Origin: a virus
Taxonomy: Duplodnaviria > Heunggongvirae > Uroviricota > Caudoviricetes
IMG/VR virus record: IMGVR_UViG_3300017792_000001
Span: 168,697-232,696 of that record
DNA length: 64,000 nt
Reading direction: 5' to 3' (one strand)
In this document: positions 9,298 through 18,577 of the stretch, piece by piece
Layout of the letters: the number at the start of each line of letters is the position of its first letter
How positions within the stretch are numbered: the first letter of the stretch is position 1
Notes under the pieces: generated by a model
Seen by the model: the letters and a program-made list of their open reading frames with translations, nothing else
The model's database searches: none
What the model was told of the DNA's origin: nothing
Position numbers and translations under genes: made by a program

Positions 9298-10371
9298 TTA
9301 CTGTCCTTTGATCTGGGTGAGTGTCTTGTCCATCAGCTTCACGATGTCACCGGTCATCTTGCGACCAGTCATGTGGAAGGCAAAACACTCGGCGAAGAAT
9401 TCTTCTGGCTTGGTGAGCGCGTACTCGGACGGGTCAGCTTTCGACTCGACGATCGTGGAGCGCTTCGGCCACATGCTGGCAAACTTCTCGCTGTCCTCAG
9501 AGAACAGAATGGCGAGTGACTTGCCGTCGAGCTTGTGGTACTTCTTGTAGTGCGCCAGAACTTCTTTGAACACGCTCTTGGACTCGTCGTCCAGTTCTTT
9601 CTGGAAGTCGCGCATATCGCCGTCTTGATAGCCCAGCAATTCGTCAAGCAGAGACTCCAGGCGCTCTTTCAGGAAGTTGGTCAGTTCGATGCGCTTGTGA
9701 AACATCTTGATCCAGCGCGCCTTGGTACGCGACTCGACCATCTTGTACCAGACAGCATGACCGTATTCGTGATACAGCAGGTACTCGTTCCACTGTGCGT
9801 CTTCAAACGTCTCAGGGAACAGGTCAACCTTGTCGCTGATTTCAGAACCCTTGCGGCGAATCTCGTACATGCCCGCGTACTTGCCACGCTTCGGATAGAC
9901 GCGCATAGCAGTGAACGGGAACACGTCGAGACTGGTTTCGATCATCTGCGCGTAGGTAGACTTCAAGGCTTTCTTGAAGGACTTCATTTCGCGTTCATTC
10001 AGTTCGCGATAGAAGTGGATCGGGCCGTACTTGGTTTCCACCGAGCTGATGTACGGGTTGATCTTCACACCGTATGCAGAGCCAGGCTTTGGCTTGGTGC
10101 CGAGAACTGCAACGAGGTTCTGTTCGTCGAACTCGATGGTCTTCGGTTCGTCGTCGATCAGCGTTGAGTCAATGACTGCACGGCCGCGTTCTGGGTTGAT
10201 CGCCAGACACAGGAAGTTCTTGGTGCCGACCTTGACAATGATGTAGCTGTCTTTCTCGACAGGCATACCACGACCGATCTCGCGGGTCTTCTGCTTCTTG
10301 AGTTTCGGAGCATCGCCGCTTACGTCGATCTTGGCCTTGTCTTTCTTCTTGAGTTTCTTTTCCTTAGCCAT
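9298..10371 (-). CDS. Zincin-like metallopeptidase-domain protein
   Basis: HEYGH plus downstream SEYALTKPEEFFAECF (anthrax-LF-like third-ligand motif). Confidence 0.7.
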   Translation of the reverse strand: MAKEKKLKKKDKAKIDVSGDAPKLKKQKTREIGRGMPVEKDSYIIVKVGTKNFLCLAINPERGRAVIDSTLIDDEPKTIEFDEQNLVAVLGTKPKPGSAYGVKINPYISSVETKYGPIHFYRELNEREMKSFKKALKSTYAQMIETSLDVFPFTAMRVYPKRGKYAGMYEIRRKGSEISDKVDLFPETFEDAQWNEYLLYHEYGHAVWYKMVESRTKARWIKMFHKRIELTNFLKERLESLLDELLGYQDGDMRDFQKELDDESKSVFKEVLAHYKKYHKLDGKSLAILFSEDSEKFASMWPKRSTIVESKADPSEYALTKPEEFFAECFAFHMTGRKMTGDIVKLMDKTLTQIKGQ

Positions 10372-11009
10372 CAGTCACGCGCTCCGCCGACACTGACAAT
10401 ACCGTAGTAACCCAGGCTGCCCGGGATGAACATTTGGTTGTCGAATTTAGGATAGTCAGGCAGTGGGTTCTGACTGTAGATGACATCGACGCCGTTGCCA
10501 GCAGGCATGCGCAGGGTTTTGATGCCCCACTTGTACGACTCAAACTCCAGCTTCAACACGGCGAAACGTGGATCAACCGTGGTCTGCTGAATGGCCTTGT
10601 TGATGATGTAATCACGGATGCCACGACCGCGACTGACAAACTCGTCGAACATATCGTCAGCCTTGATGCAGCCAGATGCGAAGCCTTCTTCTGGCATAGA
10701 CTCCCAGGCGAGATACACACAGACTGCCATCTGGTCTACCATGGTGCCTTCGAAGTAGGTCTCGGTAGCAGTGGCGACCATATCGCAGAAGGTCTTTTCG
10801 TCTTCGGTGAGTTCACGGCCTTCCGGCGGACGCTCATAGCCCATCGCCTTGCATTCGAATGCTTGCTCGTCGAACACCTTACGCAGGTTGTCCTTGTACG
10901 GATTGGTCTTCTGCGGGAACAGTTCGTTCCAGGCTTGACGCACGTACCAGTCCGGATCATCTTTGACAACGAACTGGGTGTATTTTGGAATAGTCATGGT
11001 CATGTTCAT
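10371..11009 (-). CDS. Hypothetical protein
   Basis: 212 aa ORF overlapping both neighbours. Confidence 0.7.
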   Translation of the reverse strand: MNMTMTIPKYTQFVVKDDPDWYVRQAWNELFPQKTNPYKDNLRKVFDEQAFECKAMGYERPPEGRELTEDEKTFCDMVATATETYFEGTMVDQMAVCVYLAWESMPEEGFASGCIKADDMFDEFVSRGRGIRDYIINKAIQQTTVDPRFAVLKLEFESYKWGIKTLRMPAGNGVDVIYSQNPLPDYPKFDNQMFIPGSLGYYGIVSVGGARD

Positions 11010-12526
11010 TTACCTTTGAGCAGGCCTAGGCCCTTCGATGGTTTGCGTTTACAGTTGGCGAACCCGTGCTTGAGATAATCTTCAAGCGTCCAAGTGCCAC
11101 CCTTTGCCCACAACCAGATCGGTTCAATCGAAGCGCCTTCTTTGCCTTCGAGAGCACCCGACTGTGGGCGTTTGGCGAGACGCAACCCAATGCAACCAAG
11201 ATAGCGAGCACCCTTGAGCGTGCCGATATAGTCGTTCATTGGGTCGCAGATTTCACCACGCTCCATCGTGTCGTTGTTGTAGATGTCGGCGATGTTCATG
11301 GCGAGAATACCACCACGATCGCCCTCGTCTGTCAGCGCATCCCACGAGTTCTTCAGGGACGGGAACAGGAAGCCTTCGAGCCACGCGTCAATCTCACCGA
11401 ACTTGCGGAACGATTGGCCTGGGTCGTCGCTGTACTGCTCAGCGTTGAAGTACGGCGGGCTGGTGAACACGGTATCGACCTTGTACCCGTAGCGCTTGCG
11501 CATACCCTTCGGCAGTTCAGAGCCGTGGCAGTGCATTTCAATCTCTTGGCCCTTCTGACGATAGCGCTTGACCTCGGCAGCATAGCCCTCGTACAGGCTG
11601 CTGTTAGGGTCAGTCGAGCAATAGAACTCGGCGCCTTTGGTTGCCATGAAGCCAGCAACACGGTCGCCCCACCCAGAAGAAGGATCGTACACCCGTTTCG
11701 CGTTGAACAGTTCGTAGAAGCAACGTGCGGCAAGTGGCTTGAACTGACTGGCGATGTACTTGCGCATCGACAACGTGGTACGGAATTCAGGGTTACCGAT
11801 GACCTTGTACTTGAGAGTCCACAATGCGTTGAGCATGGACATCATGTACTTGTCACCGTGCCAAACTCGATACGGCGAAGGGATGCCTTTGTAGTCGCAC
11901 TTCCACCGGTTCTCTTGGTGGTAGTAGTTCGATGCCTCGTTGCCAGTACGCGGTGCGTCGATCACGATGTCGCTGATTGCATAGCGGTAATCCCAACGAG
12001 TGACAGTCGGCATCCGCTTGATCAGCTTCGATACGTCAAACTCCTGAATCTGTTTGAACGCAGCATCGGCTTCACGCAGACTGATTGGCTGCATCGGCGC
12101 AGGCATTTCGTAATGACGAATCGCCTTGATGATCGCTTCTTTGATCGTGCCCTTGTCGAAGTGCTCATTCAAGTCACGCCAGAGTTTGGCATTGATCTTG
12201 ATTTCACCATTCTTCACCAGCTCGTGGATATTGATTTCACCACTTGCTGCTTTGGCCTTCGACTTCACAAGACCCAGGCCGGCCGGCATTGCTTTGACGT
12301 GCTGTGCAGGTTTCAGATCAGACCAGCGCTTCGACATCACAATCCAGCGAATGGTCTTGGGGTGCACGCCGTAGTGGGCGCCAGCTTTCTTGCAAAACTT
12401 CTTGTGCTGCTCTGGGTCTTTCTGGCAGCCGCCTTCTTTCCAACGCTTGCGCAGTTTCATGGCGAGCGTGTGGTCGAACTTGGATAGCTCAGGGCGCAAA
12501 ACTTCTTCGAGAGTAGGGACGGTCAT
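11006..12526 (-). CDS. SAM-dependent DNA amino-methyltransferase-fold protein
   Basis: SAM motif YDPSSGWGDR and catalytic FTSPPYF. Confidence 0.8.
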   Translation of the reverse strand: MTVPTLEEVLRPELSKFDHTLAMKLRKRWKEGGCQKDPEQHKKFCKKAGAHYGVHPKTIRWIVMSKRWSDLKPAQHVKAMPAGLGLVKSKAKAASGEINIHELVKNGEIKINAKLWRDLNEHFDKGTIKEAIIKAIRHYEMPAPMQPISLREADAAFKQIQEFDVSKLIKRMPTVTRWDYRYAISDIVIDAPRTGNEASNYYHQENRWKCDYKGIPSPYRVWHGDKYMMSMLNALWTLKYKVIGNPEFRTTLSMRKYIASQFKPLAARCFYELFNAKRVYDPSSGWGDRVAGFMATKGAEFYCSTDPNSSLYEGYAAEVKRYRQKGQEIEMHCHGSELPKGMRKRYGYKVDTVFTSPPYFNAEQYSDDPGQSFRKFGEIDAWLEGFLFPSLKNSWDALTDEGDRGGILAMNIADIYNNDTMERGEICDPMNDYIGTLKGARYLGCIGLRLAKRPQSGALEGKEGASIEPIWLWAKGGTWTLEDYLKHGFANCKRKPSKGLGLLKGK

Positions 12527-12534
12527 GTTGTTTC

Positions 12535-13341
12535 CTACAGGAACGTATATTCGCCGCCGAGATTCCAGAACAGAGTCTTCTTGCGGCGCATAATGTCGGT
12601 GTTTTCAGTCAACCAGTGCCAGGCTTTCATATCCCAGAATTGGTTGCACGGGAAAGGCGCAGGGTCAACCTTCGGCATCACGTCGCTGAATTCATACGGC
12701 GAGTGGACGATGGTGACGTTATCGAGTGGGATCTTCCACTGCGTCATGGTCTTGGTGATCGCGCCCTCAGAGGACACACAGATCGTGTATACTTTACCCT
12801 TTGGGTTTAGCGACAGGAAAGCCTTGGCAAGTCCAGAGACTGTCACGCCAGCACCGCTACTGATCACCAGGTTGTCGATGTGCCCGAGTTCTGCAAACGT
12901 TTCACGAAAGCGGCGGGCCATCGGGTTCAGATACCATGGAGTACCGAACGCATACGGCAGCATCTGGAACCCACGCTCGTCACCCATGTTCTTCGCTTGC
13001 GCATATAGCACGCGCATCATGTTGTGACGAATGGGGATCAGCTCGCCACCATTCTTGGTGATGTTGTGCAGGTATTCTTCTTTGATCTTCTTGGTGATCG
13101 GATGCACGATGTGGACTTCGTGCTTCTTCGCGAGCTTCGACAGCGCCCAACCGGACCACGAACCGAAGACGTTCAAGTGAATGATCGGCTTGTTCGGATC
13201 CATCTTGGTGAGCACTTCTTTGATGGCGTGCAGCTTTGCCCATGGCGGCAGCGTCTTGTTGTCACCCATCAGGTCGTCACGCTTCACCAGAACTTCGTGG
13301 CGGCCAATCTTGTACGTTTCAATCGGAGTGTCGAGTCTCAT
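12535..13341 (-). CDS. PLP-dependent fold-type II enzyme (ACC deaminase/D-Cys desulfhydrase-like)
   Basis: VKRDDL...WAK (PLP lysine), SSGAGVTVSG phosphate loop, C-terminal LFWNLG. Confidence 0.8.
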   Translation of the reverse strand: MRLDTPIETYKIGRHEVLVKRDDLMGDNKTLPPWAKLHAIKEVLTKMDPNKPIIHLNVFGSWSGWALSKLAKKHEVHIVHPITKKIKEEYLHNITKNGGELIPIRHNMMRVLYAQAKNMGDERGFQMLPYAFGTPWYLNPMARRFRETFAELGHIDNLVISSGAGVTVSGLAKAFLSLNPKGKVYTICVSSEGAITKTMTQWKIPLDNVTIVHSPYEFSDVMPKVDPAPFPCNQFWDMKAWHWLTENTDIMRRKKTLFWNLGGEYTFL

Positions 13342-14078
13342 TTCTTTTCCTTGCGTGCGTATGCGGTCATGTACGACAGCAGTTCGTTACCCTGTTGGGC
13401 TTCTTCACCGCTGTAGAAGTTGTGCGCTGACGTGGCATGCAAGGTCAACGTACCCATTTTCATACCGCTGCGCTCTGCGATATAGGTACCAAGGTCACAC
13501 AGAGCTTTGATGTCCGCATATCCCGCTTTGCCGAAACGCATTGAGCGGAAGAACGCGGTAACGTCGAGCTCCTTGTTGCGCGGCTTGATGTCTACTGACG
13601 ACAAGCACGGCACACCGCCCATGACTTTCTTTGAGTCACTGGTCGGGTCGTACACGGCAATGGAAATCATCTTGGTGTTCTTGCCGTTGCTCAGCTTCTT
13701 GATGGCTGCTTCGATCTGGTTGACTTCACCACCGAACGCGATCATGCGCCCCCAGTAGCTGTTCGTCCACTTCGCTTTCGGATCGTTCTGCTCATACGAC
13801 CAGACACCGAGCATGTTCTTCTTGGGCTGCACGAACGTCACGGATGCGGCGTAGTCGATACGCTCGTCGCCGTAGACATTGCGGAACTCACTGTCGAAGA
13901 ACTTGTTGGTCTTGCCGGTCATTGCGAAGTTGTCACGCAGCACCATGATCAGGTTTGGAATCTCTTGGATCCCGCTGATCTTGATACCGTCGCGTTTGAT
14001 CTTGCCATACGTCTTGCACCACAGGGATGCAATCGAGTTGGCTTCAATGATTGTCGCCATTGTTCTTTTCCTGTTCAT
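13338..14078 (-). CDS. Thymidylate synthase/dCMP hydroxymethylase family protein
   Basis: YWGR, catalytic PC, FRS, Asp at the Asn177-equivalent position, SAHNFY. Confidence 0.78.
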   Translation of the reverse strand: MNRKRTMATIIEANSIASLWCKTYGKIKRDGIKISGIQEIPNLIMVLRDNFAMTGKTNKFFDSEFRNVYGDERIDYAASVTFVQPKKNMLGVWSYEQNDPKAKWTNSYWGRMIAFGGEVNQIEAAIKKLSNGKNTKMISIAVYDPTSDSKKVMGGVPCLSSVDIKPRNKELDVTAFFRSMRFGKAGYADIKALCDLGTYIAERSGMKMGTLTLHATSAHNFYSGEEAQQGNELLSYMTAYARKEKK

Positions 14079-14499
14079 GCTTCATTACGGGAGACTCTGG
14101 CGAATACTTCTTCTTACCGTAGTCGAAGCCAATTTCCTTGAAGAAGGCAGGCATCCCGTCGATGCGAATGATTGGGTGCAGATTCTTGTAGACAAGCATC
14201 TGGCTGCCGTCTTCTGGTTCCGCAGGCAGTGTCTTGCCAGCCTCTTTCATCTGCTCGACGAAGATGGTCTGGACGCAACCGAAGTCGTCGTCAAACAAAT
14301 GCACCTTGTACCAGATCTTGTCGTTACAATTGCGGATCTTGTTACCTGGAGCAAACGCGCGGTGAATCTCGTGGTGGCGAAACCCTTCGCGATGCTGAAT
14401 TGACCTGCGTGCACCAGTGTCGCACATTTCGGCGACGGTAACTTTGAAGACGCGCTTCACCACATGCCCATGCTGTTCGAAGATAAGGATGTCTCTCAT
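14044..14499 (-). CDS. Hypothetical protein
   Basis: 151 aa ORF in the operon. Confidence 0.6.
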   Translation of the reverse strand: MRDILIFEQHGHVVKRVFKVTVAEMCDTGARRSIQHREGFRHHEIHRAFAPGNKIRNCNDKIWYKVHLFDDDFGCVQTIFVEQMKEAGKTLPAEPEDGSQMLVYKNLHPIIRIDGMPAFFKEIGFDYGKKKYSPESPVMKHEQEKNNGDNH

Positions 14500-14909
14500 T
14501 AGCGCGGCTCCAGATCGTCGATGTCAATGTCGAAGACGTGCGAGCACAACGGCGCCAGCTTCTTCACCATCTTCGCGTGTCGCTTTTCGAGGTAGCGATT
14601 GCGGCTTTCGAGTTCGCCTTCACCTGTTTCGTAGATGCGCAAAGCTGTCTGCTGCATTTCTTCGGTGACGTGCTGTTGATTACCCGTGGCATGCCACGAA
14701 TGACCGATCAACTGCCAGAACTGAGCCACGTCATCTTTTGTGACTTCTGGTACAGTTGAGAGAAAGGTAAATGGATCGACACCCATAGACAGGAGTTTCT
14801 GATACAGTGCTTCGACAGCATTGTTCTGACTGTAGCGCAACGTGCCGTGTTCGTCTTTGCACAGACGCTGCATCGGATGCTTCGGGATCGGATCGGCTTT
14901 GCTTTTCAT
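14499..14909 (-). CDS. Hypothetical phage protein
   Basis: Start probably 14909 (GGAG RBS, ATGA overlap); HPMQR...FWQLIG. Confidence 0.65.
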   Translation of the reverse strand: MKSKADPIPKHPMQRLCKDEHGTLRYSQNNAVEALYQKLLSMGVDPFTFLSTVPEVTKDDVAQFWQLIGHSWHATGNQQHVTEEMQQTALRIYETGEGELESRNRYLEKRHAKMVKKLAPLCSHVFDIDIDDLEPR

Positions 14910-15133
14910 TTGCCTGCTCCAGGAATCTGGTAGCACGACACGCCGACACCATCACTTGCAGAGACGACGAGGCACTCGATGCCAGCACGCGGAGAGACGA
15001 CACGATCCTGCACCGATGCAGCACTCAGCCAGCGTACCATAAAACCGATGGCAACAACGACTGCGATGCAGATGGCGATCAGACCTGCGTAGATCAGCAG
15101 ATCCTGAAACTTGCTCTTGGATTTAAGTGCCAT
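14906..15133 (-). CDS. Small membrane protein
   Basis: 75 aa with one hydrophobic helix. Confidence 0.65.
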   Translation of the reverse strand: MALKSKSKFQDLLIYAGLIAICIAVVVAIGFMVRWLSAASVQDRVVSPRAGIECLVVSASDGVGVSCYQIPGAGK

Positions 15134-15175
15134 GGGTATGCCCTACCTATGTGAGTATATACGTAGGGTTTACAG

Positions 15176-15679
15176 TTATATGCTCACACCCAGATCCTCA
15201 CGCATCCGTCGCAGGCACTCCTCTTTCTTCATAAATGCCCAGTTCTTCGGCAGAGGGATGCGCTTACCAGAACCAGTCATCAGCAGAATGCAGAACTTGA
15301 AACCACGATCGTGGCACGCTCTCGCTTTCGCTTGGTTCATCGACCAGCCGCGCTTCTTGCGACCCTTGAGTCCCATGGTCACGACAGACTTCACCTCCAC
15401 GATGATGTTCTCACCGCGAATGAAGATGTCGGGCATGTAGGTTCGCATACGCTTGCGGTACTTGTACCTGATCTTGAGTGCATCACCGAATTCACCCTCT
15501 GTTAGGATGTCCTCGGGCTTGAACCCTGCTTCCACCAGATAGTCGAGTCCCTGACGCTCGTAACCCTGCACCAGCAATTGACGTCCGTAGAACTGGTAGT
15601 GGTACTGCTTGTACTTCTTGAATACGGCTTTCCTGCGAGTACGCTTGACCACGGGTTTGTTTCCGAATAGACCTAGCAT
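15176..15679 (-). CDS. PD-(D/E)XK (TnsA-N-like) endonuclease
   Basis: YMPDIF...IVEVKS; GGAG RBS before ATG 15679. Confidence 0.7.
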   Translation of the reverse strand: MLGLFGNKPVVKRTRRKAVFKKYKQYHYQFYGRQLLVQGYERQGLDYLVEAGFKPEDILTEGEFGDALKIRYKYRKRMRTYMPDIFIRGENIIVEVKSVVTMGLKGRKKRGWSMNQAKARACHDRGFKFCILLMTGSGKRIPLPKNWAFMKKEECLRRMREDLGVSI

Positions 15680-15721
15680 GGCAATTCTCCATCCATTTAG
15701 TTGGAGGAAAATTAGGCCAAA

Positions 15722-15749
15722 TAAAAACGGGAACCCTAAGGCTCCCGTT
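15722..15749 (-). terminator. Intrinsic terminator
   Basis: AACGGGAGCC-TTAG-GGTTCCCGTT-TTTA. Confidence 0.7.
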
Positions 15750-16026
15750 GGACTTTCTTGCACGTCGATTTATGACATCTGGCGAGTAGGGTAATCAGCG
15801 CACTGGCGCGTCCCTTGTCTTTCAACTCAAACCCACCAAGATGGTCTTCTTCACCTGTGCGCGTATGCAGACGTACCTGATACACGATGCGTTTGTCGAT
15901 GATCTGCACCTTGGCGTACGGCGATTCGAACGAGGTGCCACGTTGATTGAACGTGCCTATCTCTTTGCCGCGTTCCTCTGCTTTCTCGCGGAGTTGCTTG
16001 AACACGGATAGTGCATGGTTAGGCAT
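15736..16026 (-). CDS. Hypothetical protein
   Basis: About 96 aa, starts MPNHAL, coupled to the upstream gene. Confidence 0.55.
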   Translation of the reverse strand: MPNHALSVFKQLREKAEERGKEIGTFNQRGTSFESPYAKVQIIDKRIVYQVRLHTRTGEEDHLGGFELKDKGRASALITLLARCHKSTCKKVQREP

Positions 16027-16399
16027 GGAGCTCTCCACGCATCTTGTCGAATACTTTACCGCCAACCAGCGGATCGAAGAACATCAGATCCGGGAATACG
16101 GCCAGCAGACGCTCAGACCATTCGTGATATTCCTCTTGGCTGACGCCTTGAATATCTACCGCGATGTAGGTAAGACTTGGGCATTCCGCCTTCATGCGCG
16201 AAACATCACCTGCGCCCTTAGCGTCAATATTGACGCCCAACACCAGCAGTTCGTTGTCTACCTTGTTACGATACTTCGGCTGCAGAAACATAACCAGCTG
16301 GGAAGTATTTGCAGGTGCGAAGTTGCGCTGCACCATAACGTTGTTCATGTTCACCCGGACCTTCGGGTCAGACCAAACAAACACCAGTTTCTTTGCCAT
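16019..16399 (-). CDS. Hypothetical protein
   Basis: 126 aa, CAGGAG RBS. Confidence 0.7.
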   Translation of the reverse strand: MAKKLVFVWSDPKVRVNMNNVMVQRNFAPANTSQLVMFLQPKYRNKVDNELLVLGVNIDAKGAGDVSRMKAECPSLTYIAVDIQGVSQEEYHEWSERLLAVFPDLMFFDPLVGGKVFDKMRGELHA

Positions 16400-16434
16400 G
16401 ATGTATCTCCTGTTTGGGCTTGTTTACAGATACC

Positions 16435-16457
16435 AAAAGAGCGACCAGAGGCCGCTC
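16435..16457 (-). terminator. Intrinsic terminator (near-identical to 18116-18138)
   Basis: GAGCGGCC-TCT-GGTCGCTC-TTTT. Confidence 0.65.
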
Positions 16458-16473
16458 AATTGGGTGTTTCATG

Positions 16474-16908
16474 TCAGTCCTGCTTCGGCGAAACGTAGAT
16501 CCCTTCTTGCTGCACAGCACCGATCAGGATATCAGGCTGCTTCACAGGATCGAACGGCATCAACTGAGTGTAGTCAGACAGCTTGGACATCCAATCATCC
16601 ATGATATCTGGATCTACTGAATCTTCCAAGATAGCCAGTTGAACGTCAGGAGCTTCCATGTCGGCGAGTTCGATTGCCTTGATCAGAGCGGCGACATCGC
16701 TGTTCGCCTGCACGTTCTCATTGGCAATATCGTAGGCGATCACTACCAGAGACTTCTTCTCTGCCTGGATATATTCCGCGAACGGAGTTTCCACGATAGT
16801 GACTTTCAGGTTGTTCTTGTGAGCAACGTCCGCGATAGCACTGCGCACTACCTGCGTTACGCGCTCTCCATGCGATACGATACGAATGTCAACATGCTGC
16901 TGGTTCAT
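16474..16908 (-). CDS. Hypothetical protein
   Basis: 144 aa from MNQQHV, AGGTGG RBS. Confidence 0.65.
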   Translation of the reverse strand: MNQQHVDIRIVSHGERVTQVVRSAIADVAHKNNLKVTIVETPFAEYIQAEKKSLVVIAYDIANENVQANSDVAALIKAIELADMEAPDVQLAILEDSVDPDIMDDWMSKLSDYTQLMPFDPVKQPDILIGAVQQEGIYVSPKQD

Positions 16909-16921
16909 AGGTCCACCTTGT

Positions 16922-16948
16922 AAAAAGGGAGCCCACGTTCGGGCTCCC
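16922..16948 (-). terminator. Intrinsic terminator
   Basis: GGGAGCCC-GAACGT-GGGCTCCC-TTTTT. Confidence 0.75.
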
Positions 16949-16960
16949 ATTGCTGCTGCT

Positions 16961-17143
16961 CTAGCCCAATCGCAGGGCCGGCGCATAACCACCCAACATA
17001 CCCAGGAGGTAGAGGATGAAGATCACGATCACGATCACTTGAATGATCTGCATCAACTTCGGATCCAACGGGAGCATACGCACCAGGTAAAGGATCAGAG
17101 CGCCGATGATGATCAAGATCAACAAGCTGATTAGCGTACCCAT
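16961..17143 (-). CDS. Small two-TM membrane protein
   Basis: 60 aa, two hydrophobic helices, AGGAGG RBS. Confidence 0.75.
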   Translation of the reverse strand: MGTLISLLILIIIGALILYLVRMLPLDPKLMQIIQVIVIVIFILYLLGMLGGYAPALRLG

Positions 17144-17175
17144 AGTCTTACCTCCTTACAGGTGGAAGGTCTGAG

Positions 17176-17910
17176 TTACAGGGTGCCGGTCAGCACGCGC
17201 AGGTTGTAACTGTTCAGCACTTCGGCTTCGTCGTCGCTGATCGAACCGTCTTCTGGTTTCAGTTCGATGTGCTTCTGGCCCTTGCCGTCTTGGGCACCGG
17301 AGGCAGCGAAGGTCACGAAGCGCTTGCCTTTGCGGTGGATGATCGGCGAGGTGCTGCCACGAACCATGTGCTCGACAGCCTTGTCACCGGCTTCACGCAG
17401 GGTCAGTTCGTCGGTGGTTTCGCCATCGACTTCCAGGCTGTAGTCGGCCGGAGCTTTCTTCTCGGCTTCTTTCTTTTCAGCCTTTACTTTGGACGGTTGC
17501 AGATCGCGCACGTCTTTGCGTTCCGGTACGTTCGACGAACCAGCTTCGACATTCGGCTTTACCGGTTGATCGCTGCCCATGTTGCCGGTGCTCGAAACAC
17601 GCGGGTCAGCAGAACCAGCCTGGATACCTTGCACGCCGCCAGTACCGGCAGTGTGTTGGGCCAGAGGGATTTCCTTGGAAGGATCCTTGTCGGCTTCGTT
17701 GGTGGTATCGACGTGGATGGTCACTTCATCGCCTTTCTTGGCGGTGGTGGTGCCTTCGCCTTTGTCCGACTTGTCATCAGCTTTGTCGGTCAGAGTGGAA
17801 TTGCCCTTCTCGTCGATCTTCGAAGTGGTCTTCGGATCAACGGTGGTGGTGTCCTTGTTTTCCACGCCTTCGGTAGAGCCAGCTTTGGTATCGTCTTTTT
17901 TGGCAGTCAT
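17176..17910 (-). CDS. Hypothetical protein with hydrophilic low-complexity N-terminus
   Basis: 244 aa, GAGG RBS, phage-like codon usage. Confidence 0.75.
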   Translation of the reverse strand: MTAKKDDTKAGSTEGVENKDTTTVDPKTTSKIDEKGNSTLTDKADDKSDKGEGTTTAKKGDEVTIHVDTTNEADKDPSKEIPLAQHTAGTGGVQGIQAGSADPRVSSTGNMGSDQPVKPNVEAGSSNVPERKDVRDLQPSKVKAEKKEAEKKAPADYSLEVDGETTDELTLREAGDKAVEHMVRGSTSPIIHRKGKRFVTFAASGAQDGKGQKHIELKPEDGSISDDEAEVLNSYNLRVLTGTL

Positions 17911-18115
17911 GGCATATTCCTCGATAGGTTACGAAAGAGAGTAAGAGTTCTCACCCTCTACTCCATTAGACAAGATGAAGTTCCCCTGCGTTCAAAAGAA
18001 TTTTTAGCGTTCAGACGGACGGTCATCCAGCCTTTACCATAACGGGTGCCATGCGGGTGCCAATACAATCGCACTGGGCATACAAGATACAGGATGGTTA
18101 TGGCAACACAAACGG

Positions 18116-18138
18116 AAAGAGCGACCCGAAGGCCGCTC
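18116..18138 (-). terminator. Intrinsic terminator
   Basis: GAGCGGCC-TTCG-GGTCGCTC-TTT. Confidence 0.7.
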
Positions 18139-18154
18139 AATCAGTGAAACGCGA

Positions 18155-18523
18155 TCACACTTGTCGTGGAATAAGCCAGATGGTGTGCGGTGCTGGATCT
18201 TTGGCAACTGGTTCACAGAAGGCGTCAGTCACCAGCTTACAACCACAGGCAGTACCGACACTACCGTCAAGCACTTCATCGTATCGGGTATTTGGGTCGA
18301 GGCAGTTGATGAAGGCATTGGAGCCGATCAGGTCTGCCCAGTGAGAATTGCGGATGAAAGCAACCTCGGACTTGCCAAGCTGTTCGATGAAAGCCTGTTC
18401 GTTGCCGTTGATGGTGTGCGGCCATTCGACTGCGCGAGTGCGATCAATGGTGTAGTAAGCACAGCGCTTGTGTTCATGTTCGATGATCTGTTCGTCAGTC
18501 GGTTCTACTTTAACTTCTGTCAT
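18155..18523 (-). CDS. Hypothetical protein, possibly a capsid-like fragment
   Basis: 122 aa; LDP...GSVGTACGCKLVTDAF. Confidence 0.65.
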   Translation of the reverse strand: MTEVKVEPTDEQIIEHEHKRCAYYTIDRTRAVEWPHTINGNEQAFIEQLGKSEVAFIRNSHWADLIGSNAFINCLDPNTRYDEVLDGSVGTACGCKLVTDAFCEPVAKDPAPHTIWLIPRQV

Positions 18524-18553
18524 GTTCGTAATTCCCGCAGGTTATTGAAATAG

Positions 18554-18577
18554 AAAAGGGAACCCGAAGGCTCCCTT
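18554..18577 (-). terminator. Terminator of the tRNA transcript
   Basis: AAGGGAGCC-TTCG-GGTTCCCTTTT. Confidence 0.75.

Noticed and set aside
15176-15679. Tn7-like transposon
   Set aside because: Only a solitary TnsA-like nuclease; no TnsB/TnsC or terminal repeats
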